DNA from: Candidatus Onthoplasma sp. | Lineage (GTDB): Bacteria; Bacillota; Clostridia; Christensenellales; UBA1242 | Assembly (NCBI GenBank): GCA_045633705.1 | Contig: JAZQYV010000012.1 | Coordinates: 82,057 to 146,056, forward strand | Length of the DNA: 64,000 nucleotides | Reading direction: 5' to 3' | Part shown: one piece after another, positions 56,139-64,000 of the stretch | Layout: each line of letters starts with the position of its first letter | Position numbering within the stretch: position 1 is the stretch's first letter | Made by a program: the position numbers and the translations under genes | Notes under the pieces: generated by a model | Database searches by the model: none | The model's input: the letters and a program-made list of their open reading frames with translations, nothing else | What the model was told of the DNA's origin: nothing

Positions 56139-58418
56139 ATGAAAAAAATTAAAATAAATAAATCTCAATTAATTAAATATTTTTTAATATTTATTATGTT
56201 TTTAGTATTGACCAATGCTAGAGGTTATTCGGTTTCGCCATTTGGTGTTGGTGCACTATTTGCGCTTATGTGGTGTGGACTATATTTGCCTGTAATTGCA
56301 GGTGAGTATTTGCTTGCCAACTTGTTACTTATAAACAAAGTTGCAGACATATATTCGGCTATTACAACAGTGTTTGTTTTACTGGTTGTATATTTTATAC
56401 ATAAACGAATTAAAAAACCGATGAATGTGTTTTTGGTTGGTGTATATACATTACTTAGCCAAGTGGTAAGTTTGTATTACATATACAATGTTGGCGGTTG
56501 GCTGGACTGCTTGATTTTTGCAATTATTGCAGTTGTGTTTTTGTATGCGTGCGTTAGTGTGTTTCAAGTGGTAGTATTGCGGGGCTGGTTTTACAAACTT
56601 ACACTAGATGAAATGGTGTGTTTGATTGTTCTTATTGTGGCAATGACATTTGGCATTGCTGAGACCTATATTTTTGATTGTGCTTTATATAAGTTGGTGT
56701 CCACATTGGCTATCTTGATTTGTGTGGGGGTAAACAAAAAGAATTTTTCGATAATTATTGGCTTGTCAATAGGCTTGGGCGTAAGTATAGTTACGTCCAG
56801 CCCTGAGCCTATAGGAAATATTGCAATACTTACATTAGTTGCAAATATTTTTAGCTATCCCAACAAGTATAAGATTTGTGTTACAACCTTACTGGGGCTG
56901 GCAGTTAGTGAAATATATTTTAATGGGTTAAACAGCGATTTAATGTATTCGGTTATTCCTGTTGCATTTGCATGCGTGACATTTTTATGTATACCCAATA
57001 AAGCAATTGATAAAATTGCCGACCAATATTTAACTGCTAATGCTGAATTAAGTGTTAGGAATGTGATAACCTCTACACGTAGAAATATACAACAGCGAAT
57101 GAGTGGGCTTAGTGATGTTTTTGAGCAAATGCAACTGATGTATGTAAAGTTGATAGGGCAAGAGTTGAGCGATGCCCAGACTGTGGCGCTTTTACGTAAG
57201 GAGATTTACGAAAGTTTGTGTGCCGAGTGCAAGCATAAAAATATGTGCCATAAAGGTATTGATGATGGCGGGTTAAGCAAACTTATTGAAATTGCGCTAA
57301 AAAAAGGAAGGGTTAATATTTTGGATTTGCCATCAAATATGGCTCAAAAGTGCGGAATTGTTAATTTGGTTATTGGTAAAACAAATCAACTTGTTGCAAA
57401 TTATCAACAATATAGCACCATGCAAAAAGATGTAAACAATGTAAAGTTTTTGCTAGCGGAGCAAATGCATGCTGTGGCGCAACTGTTAAGCGATTTAGGC
57501 GAAGATTTAAATCAAAGTATAACATTTGATAGTGCTATGCACAATAAAATTGTAAACAGACTACTAGCTAATAATATAATATGTAGTGAAGTTCTAATAT
57601 TTAATGAAAAAAATGAAGATGTTAATATAATCGTAATTATAAAAGGTGAAAATGCATATAATCCAGCCATTGAAAAGATTATTAGCAAAATTGTAAGATT
57701 TTCGGTAAAAGTGGTAGAGGTTGAGCCAACAGATTTAAATGATTACTTTTCGGTAAAACTGGAACGTGTCTGTAACCGCGATATTGTGTTTGGGATAAGC
57801 AGCGTTTGTAAAACTGGTTCGGTTAGTAGTGGCGATAGTCATAGCTTGATAAGGCTTGGCAATAATAAATATCTTCTTGCGCTTTGTGATGGTATGGGGA
57901 GTGGTGAAAATGCACGCAAAATGAGTGCGCTAACTATGGGATTGGTAGAAAATTTTTATAAGGCAGGGTTTGAAAATCAATTTGTATTAGATAATATCAA
58001 TAAGTTGCTTTCGGTTACAAATCAAGAAAATTTCTCTACATTAGACTTGTGCGTGATTGACTTAACTAAAGAGTTTATTGATTTTATTAAGTTGGGAGCT
58101 ACATATGGGGCGGTTAAGCGAGAAAATTATGTTGAACTGATTGAGGCTGGGGCGTTGCCGATTGGTGTATTAAAACAAATTACGCCAACGATTAGACAAG
58201 TTGCTGTAAGCAATAAAGATATGGTTATAATGGTAACCGATGGAATAACTGATGCGTTTGGCGAGTACGAGCAATTTGCTGAGTTTGTAAATGCAATTGT
58301 AAGCACCAATCCGCAAGTGGTGGCTCAAACTATTCTTGATGAGGCCATCGCGCGAAATAATGGAAGCCCTAAAGATGATATGACAGTGCTGGTGGCACGA
58401 ACTTTTATAAAAAGATAA
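56139..58418 (+). CDS. spoIIE: stage II sporulation protein E (PP2C phosphatase with polytopic N-terminal membrane domain)
   Basis: 759 aa with ~10 N-terminal TM helices. C-terminal PP2C core SGDSHSLI...LCDGMGSGENA...VTDGITD. No SD at 56139, so the start is uncertain. Confidence 0.9.
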   Translation: MKKIKINKSQLIKYFLIFIMFLVLTNARGYSVSPFGVGALFALMWCGLYLPVIAGEYLLANLLLINKVADIYSAITTVFVLLVVYFIHKRIKKPMNVFLVGVYTLLSQVVSLYYIYNVGGWLDCLIFAIIAVVFLYACVSVFQVVVLRGWFYKLTLDEMVCLIVLIVAMTFGIAETYIFDCALYKLVSTLAILICVGVNKKNFSIIIGLSIGLGVSIVTSSPEPIGNIAILTLVANIFSYPNKYKICVTTLLGLAVSEIYFNGLNSDLMYSVIPVAFACVTFLCIPNKAIDKIADQYLTANAELSVRNVITSTRRNIQQRMSGLSDVFEQMQLMYVKLIGQELSDAQTVALLRKEIYESLCAECKHKNMCHKGIDDGGLSKLIEIALKKGRVNILDLPSNMAQKCGIVNLVIGKTNQLVANYQQYSTMQKDVNNVKFLLAEQMHAVAQLLSDLGEDLNQSITFDSAMHNKIVNRLLANNIICSEVLIFNEKNEDVNIIVIIKGENAYNPAIEKIISKIVRFSVKVVEVEPTDLNDYFSVKLERVCNRDIVFGISSVCKTGSVSSGDSHSLIRLGNNKYLLALCDGMGSGENARKMSALTMGLVENFYKAGFENQFVLDNINKLLSVTNQENFSTLDLCVIDLTKEFIDFIKLGATYGAVKRENYVELIEAGALPIGVLKQITPTIRQVAVSNKDMVIMVTDGITDAFGEYEQFAEFVNAIVSTNPQVVAQTILDEAIARNNGSPKDDMTVLVARTFIKR

Positions 58419-58512
58419 TTATGATAAAAATATTAATTAAACAATTATTTAAATATAAAATAAATTACAATCAAATTAATCCAATAAAATGTTAATTAAT
58501 TTTAATAAAATA

Positions 58513-59391
58513 CTATTTATAGGGCAAATACTCTACCTCCAATTCAAGAAGTATATTATATTTTTGATAAATTTTTTGTTTAATAATTTCAATAAGTGTA
58601 AATATGTCTTTTGATGACGCTTGCCCTTTGTTTATTATAAAGCCGGCATGTTTAGTGGATATTTCGGCATTGTTTATACTAAAGCCTTTTAGTCCACACT
58701 CATCAATTAGCTTTGCAGGAATTATATTTTCAGTCCGCTTAAAGATACTGCCCGCACTTGGATATTCCATAGGCTGAGAAATTTTGCGTTTGTTGATAAA
58801 ATTGATTATATTTGTTTGCGTGGTAAGTTTATCTTGTCTTGGTAACTTTAATATTGCAGCTAAAATTATATCAGAAGAGTTTTGAAAAACGCTAGAGTGG
58901 TAGCTGAATTTGCAATCAGCAAAATTTAAATATGCTAGGCGGTTATTTCTCAAAACGGTAACTTGCTCAACAAAATCAGAGATTTGGCGGTTGTGCGCGC
59001 CAAAATTATTTACGATTGCCCCTCCAAGTCTAGTTGGAATGCCTGCGCAAAATTCAAGCCCGCCAAGACTTTGTTGCATGCAGTAAGAAATCAATTCGTT
59101 TGTAATACACCCGCTGTTGGCGTAAAGTAAATTTTCATCAATTTGTTTTAAGCTGTTGTTGTAAACAATTATTGCGCCGTTAAAGCCCATGTCGTCAAAT
59201 AAAATATTTGAACCACCTCCAATTATCTTGTGGTTAATAGAATGTTGTCTGCATTTTTCCAAAACTTCTAATAGTGATTCGATGTTGTTTGCAAAAATAA
59301 AATGCTTGGCATTTCCGCCAACCTTAAAAGTGCAATGATTTGCGAGGGGCTCATTTTTTAGATAAGAAATATTATATATATTAGAAAACAT
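58513..59391 (-). CDS. murB: UDP-N-acetylenolpyruvoylglucosamine reductase
   Basis: 292 aa; FAD-binding N-terminus (TFKVGGNAKHF, IIGGGSNILF) and C-terminal MurB domain (PSAGSIFK). Confidence 0.93.
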   Translation of the reverse strand: MFSNIYNISYLKNEPLANHCTFKVGGNAKHFIFANNIESLLEVLEKCRQHSINHKIIGGGSNILFDDMGFNGAIIVYNNSLKQIDENLLYANSGCITNELISYCMQQSLGGLEFCAGIPTRLGGAIVNNFGAHNRQISDFVEQVTVLRNNRLAYLNFADCKFSYHSSVFQNSSDIILAAILKLPRQDKLTTQTNIINFINKRKISQPMEYPSAGSIFKRTENIIPAKLIDECGLKGFSINNAEISTKHAGFIINKGQASSKDIFTLIEIIKQKIYQKYNILLELEVEYLPYK

Positions 59392-59612
59392 AAAACCTCA
59401 AAATGGTTGATATAACTGGAATATAATTTGTAATTTTTAAATCTTTGTAAGTGTAATAATAAAGGGTTTAAATTATATAATTATATCTATGTTTAAAATG
59501 TTATAAAAATGTTAAAAATAAATATATTAAATAAAAATATTTTAAAATTAATAAAAATTATTAAATAAATATAAAAATGCTTAAAATAAGGCCGTTATGA
59601 AATGTTTATAAT

Positions 59613-59651
59613 AAAAAATATTAAGTGTGTTTTATGTGCACTTAATATTTT
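59613..59651 (-). terminator. terminator after the 93-aa ORF
   Basis: On the minus strand: ATTAAGTG...CACTTAAT followed by ATTTTTT. Confidence 0.55.
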
Positions 59652-59931
59652 ATTTAATATTATTTTCATAATTATCATTGTTTTGATAATTTATTAGTTG
59701 CTGTATTGTAAATGGGTTGTTTTTAATGTTTGTTTCGTAATAATTAATCAGGTCTTGTTCTATCTCGTCTTTAGCGATAATTTTACAATCAATCAACACC
59801 GAAAAACAATCATCTAAATTTTCATATAATTCTTTAGCCTGTGAGTTGGAAAAATGTTTGTTGTAATATATTGCAACATCTTCATCTTTAAATCCCATTT
59901 TTATTAAGTTTTCAAACACTGTATTTTTCAT
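59650..59931 (-). CDS. hypothetical protein (93 aa)
   Basis: Isolated ORF in an AT-rich spacer with its own terminator. No SD and no recognisable motif. Confidence 0.5.
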   Translation of the reverse strand: MKNTVFENLIKMGFKDEDVAIYYNKHFSNSQAKELYENLDDCFSVLIDCKIIAKDEIEQDLINYYETNIKNNPFTIQQLINYQNNDNYENNIK

Positions 59932-60057
59932 GCTTTATATACATAAATTTTAACACACAATTAAAACTAATGCAATAGTTTTTATTAATTATTAGATAAT
60001 ACAAAAGGTTTGAATATTATTAAATAATTAAAAATCATTTTCAAAACAGATTTTATG

Positions 60058-60066
60058 TGATATAAT
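60058..60066 (+). promoter_or_regulatory. extended -10 element 6 nt upstream of the uvrC ATG
   Basis: TGaTATAAT 60058-60066; weak -35 TTTTCA 17 bp upstream. Confidence 0.5.
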
Positions 60067-60072
60067 ACTTAT

Positions 60073-61890
60073 ATGGAATTATTGCAAGAAAAAATCAAAA
60101 ATCTACCTACCAATCCGGGTGTTTATTTAATGAAGGATAAATATAACAATGTTATATATGTGGGTAAGGCAAAAAATTTAAAAAAGCGAGCAAGTCAATA
60201 TTTTTTGCGTAAGCAAGATATACCAAAAGTCCAAGCTATGGTAAGCAATGTTGTTGACTTTGATTTTTTCGTGGTTGCAACCGAATATGATGCATTAGCA
60301 TTAGAAAGTAATTTAATTAAAAAATACCAGCCGTATTATAATATACTTTTAAAAGATGGTAAGGCATTTGCGTATATCAAGGTTAATTTGCGTGAGGATT
60401 TTCCAAAATTTGAAGTGACTCGCAAGATTAATAGCAAGGATAAATTTTTTGGACCATACTTTGCGGGGATTAGCGCAAATGATATTTTAGATATTATTAA
60501 TTATGCATATCCTGTGCGCAAGTGTGGGCAAGCATTGAGTGAAACGGGGAAAGAAAAAAAGTCATGCCTATACCATGACATGCATTTATGCAGTGCGCCA
60601 TGTGCTAAAAAGATTGGTAGAGATGAATATCATGAAGTTGTGAACTCGGCAATAAAGTTTTTGCGTGGCGACACAAAAGAAATTAAGGAAATTCTAACCC
60701 AAAAAATGGAAACCAGCGCAAAAGCTGAAAACTTTGAAACCGCATTAATTTTGCGTGATAAAATTAAAATGGTGGATAGGCTGAAGGACCGTGTAGTAAT
60801 GCAACTGCGCAATAATATTGACCTTGACGTGTTTAATATGTGTACCAATGGCGAGTTAAGTGCCATGTGTGTAGTGGTTATACGTGGAGGAAAGGTGCAA
60901 GGGGTGCAATCGTTTGATATGCTTAATTTTATTGAAAGAGATGAAGCTTATCAACAGTTTTTAGTTCAATACTATACAACACATATATATAATGTTGATG
61001 AAATTATATTGCCAAGCGATGTAAAGGGGCTTGATGTGGTAAAGCAATATATTGAAACAAAGCATAACAAAAAAGTGACTTTTACTCAACCAACCACAAA
61101 TACGGATAAAATGAAAATACTAAAGATGGCGGAGCAAAATGCTTGTTTGCATCTTGAAAAGAATGTGGAAAACACCAAAAAGAAGATTAACACATCAATC
61201 GGTGCTGTTAAGCAATTACAAAAAGAACTTGGCTTAAGCCGTGAGCCAAGGCGAATAGAGTGTTTTGATATATCGCACACTCACGGCGAGTATACCGTTG
61301 CATCAATGTCGGTTGTAATTAATGGCGAGAAGGCAAAACAACATTATCGTAAATTTAAGATTAAGAATGTAGACTTTATTGATGATTTTGCTAGCATGAA
61401 TGAGGTATTGACTAGGCGTATGAACGAATTAAATGGCGACGACATCAGCTTTAGCAGCATCCCTGATTTGATTATTATAGATGGCGGTAAAGGGCAACTT
61501 GGTATAGCGCTTGAAGTTGTTAAACAATACGGTTACACTAATGATATTATAAGTTTGGCGGAAAGATTGGAAGAGGTGTTTGTGCCTAATCAAAAGAATT
61601 CAATATATTTACCAAGAGGTAGTTATAGTTTACGTTTACTTCAACTTGCACGCGATGAAGCGCACCGCTTTGCTATCACGTACAATCGCCAACTTCGTAG
61701 TAAAGGGATGTTCAAAGGAGGGCTTCAGGCAATTAAAGGAGTTGGTCCAACCACTAGGAAAATATTGCTAAGCAAATTTCGCACGCTTGAAAATATTAAA
61801 AATGCAACCTTAGAAGAGATACAAAGCACCAAAGGCATATCGAAACCTGTTGCTAAAAATATATATGACGCTTATCATAAACCAATTTAA
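60073..61890 (+). CDS. uvrC: excinuclease ABC subunit C
   Basis: 605 aa; GIY-YIG (GVYLMKD...IYVGKAKNLKKR), UVR domain, endonuclease V-like domain and C-terminal HhH. Confidence 0.96.
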   Translation: MELLQEKIKNLPTNPGVYLMKDKYNNVIYVGKAKNLKKRASQYFLRKQDIPKVQAMVSNVVDFDFFVVATEYDALALESNLIKKYQPYYNILLKDGKAFAYIKVNLREDFPKFEVTRKINSKDKFFGPYFAGISANDILDIINYAYPVRKCGQALSETGKEKKSCLYHDMHLCSAPCAKKIGRDEYHEVVNSAIKFLRGDTKEIKEILTQKMETSAKAENFETALILRDKIKMVDRLKDRVVMQLRNNIDLDVFNMCTNGELSAMCVVVIRGGKVQGVQSFDMLNFIERDEAYQQFLVQYYTTHIYNVDEIILPSDVKGLDVVKQYIETKHNKKVTFTQPTTNTDKMKILKMAEQNACLHLEKNVENTKKKINTSIGAVKQLQKELGLSREPRRIECFDISHTHGEYTVASMSVVINGEKAKQHYRKFKIKNVDFIDDFASMNEVLTRRMNELNGDDISFSSIPDLIIIDGGKGQLGIALEVVKQYGYTNDIISLAERLEEVFVPNQKNSIYLPRGSYSLRLLQLARDEAHRFAITYNRQLRSKGMFKGGLQAIKGVGPTTRKILLSKFRTLENIKNATLEEIQSTKGISKPVAKNIYDAYHKPI

Positions 61891-61905
61891 GCAAAAGGAG
61901 AATTT

Positions 61906-62715
61906 ATGAAAAACAGAAGAGTTTTAATAATTTTAGTAAGTTTATTTTTATGTATGCTTATAGGATTATCATTTACAATAACCGATGTTTCGCTAAACAA
62001 CACTTTAGAACTTTTGGTAAGTTTAGGAATTTTAATTTCATTAGTTGTAGTTATCGTTTTTTCAATAAAGCTAAAAAGGTATAGCCCTAAAAATAAAATT
62101 TCAGCTATTGTTGACGAAAATGTGTTAAAAGGGCGCAAAGAATATAAGAGAATATTAAGAGGGCACTTTAAAACTTGGTTATACCTAATATTGGCTGGCA
62201 CTTTTATTGGGTTTACTATAATAATATTTTATATTATTAAATTTAACTTGTTTATGCTTATTTTCTCTTGCGTGATGATGTTGATTGTGCCTTTATTTAT
62301 ATTTGCAATAACCTACTTTATATCAAAACCATTTTATTTCCCATATAAAGAAATTATTTTTAATAATGAAACCTTTGTTTTGTTTTTGTCAAAAAGAAGT
62401 TTCCATAAACGTAGATACGATCCTTGCTTCCATGTTTTTTATAATGGAAATGGATATACGACATTAGGAAGGGAAATTTGGGTGGGAGACGGATTCGATA
62501 ATCTTTCAATCGCTTTGATTGGTGATTTATTTGATTGGTTTAACGACAAAAAGTTTACAAACTATTTACGTATTGATGTGGACACTGAAAAATCGGGAAG
62601 AGTTCAATGTGTTTGTAAGTTGGGTTTAAATCAATTTAGAGTTACAAACGATTTAAACAAATTAAAAGGTTGTTTTGAAATATCTCGAAGTCAGGTTAAG
62701 AAAAATAAAAAATAA
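61906..62715 (+). CDS. hypothetical membrane protein (269 aa)
   Basis: SD AAAGGAG. About 4 TM segments followed by a soluble C-terminal domain. No motif recognised. Confidence 0.6.
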   Translation: MKNRRVLIILVSLFLCMLIGLSFTITDVSLNNTLELLVSLGILISLVVVIVFSIKLKRYSPKNKISAIVDENVLKGRKEYKRILRGHFKTWLYLILAGTFIGFTIIIFYIIKFNLFMLIFSCVMMLIVPLFIFAITYFISKPFYFPYKEIIFNNETFVLFLSKRSFHKRRYDPCFHVFYNGNGYTTLGREIWVGDGFDNLSIALIGDLFDWFNDKKFTNYLRIDVDTEKSGRVQCVCKLGLNQFRVTNDLNKLKGCFEISRSQVKKNKK

Positions 62716-62740
62716 TATTTTACTAAAATGTACACCATAA

Positions 62741-62775
62741 AAAAAAGAAAGTAAATTAGTTGCTTTCTTTTTTGA
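62741..62775. terminator. bidirectional terminator between convergent genes
   Basis: AAAAGAAAG (62743-62751) / CTTTCTTTT (62764-62772). Confidence 0.6.
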
Positions 62776-62784
62776 TATTTTGAA

Positions 62785-63531
62785 TTACTTTTTATAGTAG
62801 TCTTGTTTAGATTTTTCAATTTGCTCTGGGGTAAAGGTCATTTTGCCAAGCTGGTTACAGCGGTCTACTAGACGTTTAGCAATCTGCTCTTTGGTTTCAC
62901 CATTTTTAGTTAATTCCGAATACTTAACTGGTGCGTCAACAATGTACACTTTATCTCTTTTTCTAAAATATGTTACATATATGGGTAAATCTATTCCGCG
63001 ACGCTTACAAGTTTCTGCCAGGGCAATAAATCCCATATAGAATCCTTCAAGTTCTTCCAAATAACCCTTGGTTGAATCTTCTGGGAAAATTACAATATTT
63101 TCGCCATTACGTATAGCTTCGATGCTTTGCTTGATAGTTTTCATAAATCGTTGGTCTTTATATGTTGAAATGAGATTTAGGCCTTTATAAAACAGATTGG
63201 TTAAAGGGCTGGCAATTAGGCAAAATGCGCGTGCGGCAAACAAATTCCAGTGTTTTTTTTCGTGATAATAAACCTTGGTTTGATATTTATACATTTTAAT
63301 AAGCCCAGAATTCATTTCATGTGCGCCCCACATACGGATTGGTGCCTTGCCATAAATTTCAAGTGACATTGGAGCATCTGTTCCTTCGTGATTACTTAAA
63401 ATTATAGAACTATTTCCAAATTTTTCGCCTAAAAACATAAAGGCAGGCTTTTTGTACCTGATTTTCATAATTTTTTTAAGTAGTTTAAACCACCATTTGC
63501 GCTTGCTTTTAACTGTTGTTGTGTTTTCCAT
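62785..63531 (-). CDS. lysophospholipid (PlsC-like) acyltransferase family protein
   Basis: 248 aa; acyltransferase motif I NHEGTDAP (H-x4-D) and motif III-like IVIFPEDST. Confidence 0.8.
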   Translation of the reverse strand: MENTTTVKSKRKWWFKLLKKIMKIRYKKPAFMFLGEKFGNSSIILSNHEGTDAPMSLEIYGKAPIRMWGAHEMNSGLIKMYKYQTKVYYHEKKHWNLFAARAFCLIASPLTNLFYKGLNLISTYKDQRFMKTIKQSIEAIRNGENIVIFPEDSTKGYLEELEGFYMGFIALAETCKRRGIDLPIYVTYFRKRDKVYIVDAPVKYSELTKNGETKEQIAKRLVDRCNQLGKMTFTPEQIEKSKQDYYKK

Positions 63532-63549
63532 AATTAGATATTAACATAT

Positions 63550-63566
63550 TTCGACAATATTCGACA
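63550..63566 (-). promoter_or_regulatory. two perfect tandem Spo0A (0A) boxes
   Basis: On the gene (minus) strand: TGTCGAA-tat-TGTCGAA (plus-strand TTCGACA at 63550-63556 and 63560-63566). Spacing is exactly 10 bp. The boxes overlap the -35 position relative to TAATAT (63543-63538). Confidence 0.6.
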
Positions 63567-63578
63567 AGCAAAATAATA

Positions 63579-63620
63579 AAAAAAACAAACCTTTACTAAA
63601 AAGTAGGGGTTTGTTGTGAA
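63579..63620 (-). terminator. possible terminator after the partial upstream gene
   Basis: On the minus strand: ACAAACC...GGTTTGT followed by T8. Confidence 0.5.
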
Positions 63621-64000
63621 TTATTTGGATTTGGTGCTGTTTTTGCAATGTTGTTGAATTAAATTAATTAGTTCATTAACGTCTTCGCTAATGCAACTTA
63701 ATTTTAGATATGGCAGGAGTTTGTCATTGTAATACAATATAATTGTTTTGGTTTTGGGTTTAAACATTTTATCTACAATTGCTGTTTTGATTTTATAACC
63801 TATAAATTTTGAGTTGTCGCCATAAGTGCAAGCGTCTTCATATGATTTTAGCACGTAATTTTCGTATAAAGTATATTCTACTTTAATTAGCGACTTTTTG
63901 ACTGCAAATATTGTCCAAACTATACAGCTTAAAATTGTTGCAGATGAAATGGTGATTACTAGCCAATGGTTAAATATTAATATAAATCTAACAAATATAA
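63621..64000 (-). CDS. hypothetical membrane-anchored protein, 3' part only (ORF enters from beyond the right edge)
   Basis: The track lists a 77-aa ORF from GTG 63854. The same frame is open upstream to position 64000 and encodes a TM-like segment there (FILIFNHWLVITISSATILSCIVWTIFAV). Confidence 0.5.
   Translation of the reverse strand, partial: IFVRFILIFNHWLVITISSATILSCIVWTIFAVKKSLIKVEYTLYENYVLKSYEDACTYGDNSKFIGYKIKTAIVDKMFKPKTKTIILYYNDKLLPYLKLSCISEDVNELINLIQQHCKNSTKSK

Noticed and set aside
1-64000. CRISPR arrays, transposases/integrases, prophage genes, toxin-antitoxin or known defence-system signatures, rRNA/tRNA genes
   Set aside because: None were seen by reading the ORF set and the spacers. 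All large ORFs are either housekeeping, sporulation/germination or surface proteins, or small unknowns without defence hallmarks.

Overview
This is an AT-rich chromosomal window (roughly two-thirds A+T by eye, not computed). It comes from an endospore-forming low-GC Firmicute that uses the standard code; TGA is a stop, e.g. 47428-47430. I saw no rRNA, tRNA, CRISPR array, transposase or integrase. Left third: the replication-origin neighbourhood in a non-canonical order. recA and pgsA are on the minus strand. On the plus strand follow degV, recF, dnaA, a DnaA-box/AT-rich oriC candidate, dnaN, a second DnaA-box pair, rpmH (missed by the ORF track), rnpA, yidD, yidC, jag, mnmE, mnmG, rsmG, parA and parB, then a cluster of parS-like sites. 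Middle: an accessory-looking block. It holds a DUF4097-like protein, a gpsA-like gene and one 16.2-kb gene for a ~5,400-aa repeat-rich surface protein. After these come an orphan promoter-to-terminator structured RNA candidate (36545-36803), two unknown divergent ORFs, a P-type ATPase and a PRC-barrel-like protein. Right: a 1,395-aa Fn3-like/transglutaminase-core lipoprotein that appears co-transcribed with a gerA-type germinant-receptor operon. Next is a Phe T-box leader controlling an alkaline-phosphatase-superfamily gene plus pheS-pheT. The remaining genes are two tandem paralogous unknown genes, spoIIE, murB, uvrC, a membrane protein and a PlsC-like acyltransferase preceded by tandem perfect Spo0A boxes. 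Most of the window is housekeeping, and I found no recognisable defence or mobile system. The best candidates for something undescribed are the orphan structured RNA beside the giant gene, the giant gene itself (domain insertions inside its repeats), and the lipoprotein-germinant receptor operon. All three are hypotheses that need database searches and experiments I cannot run.
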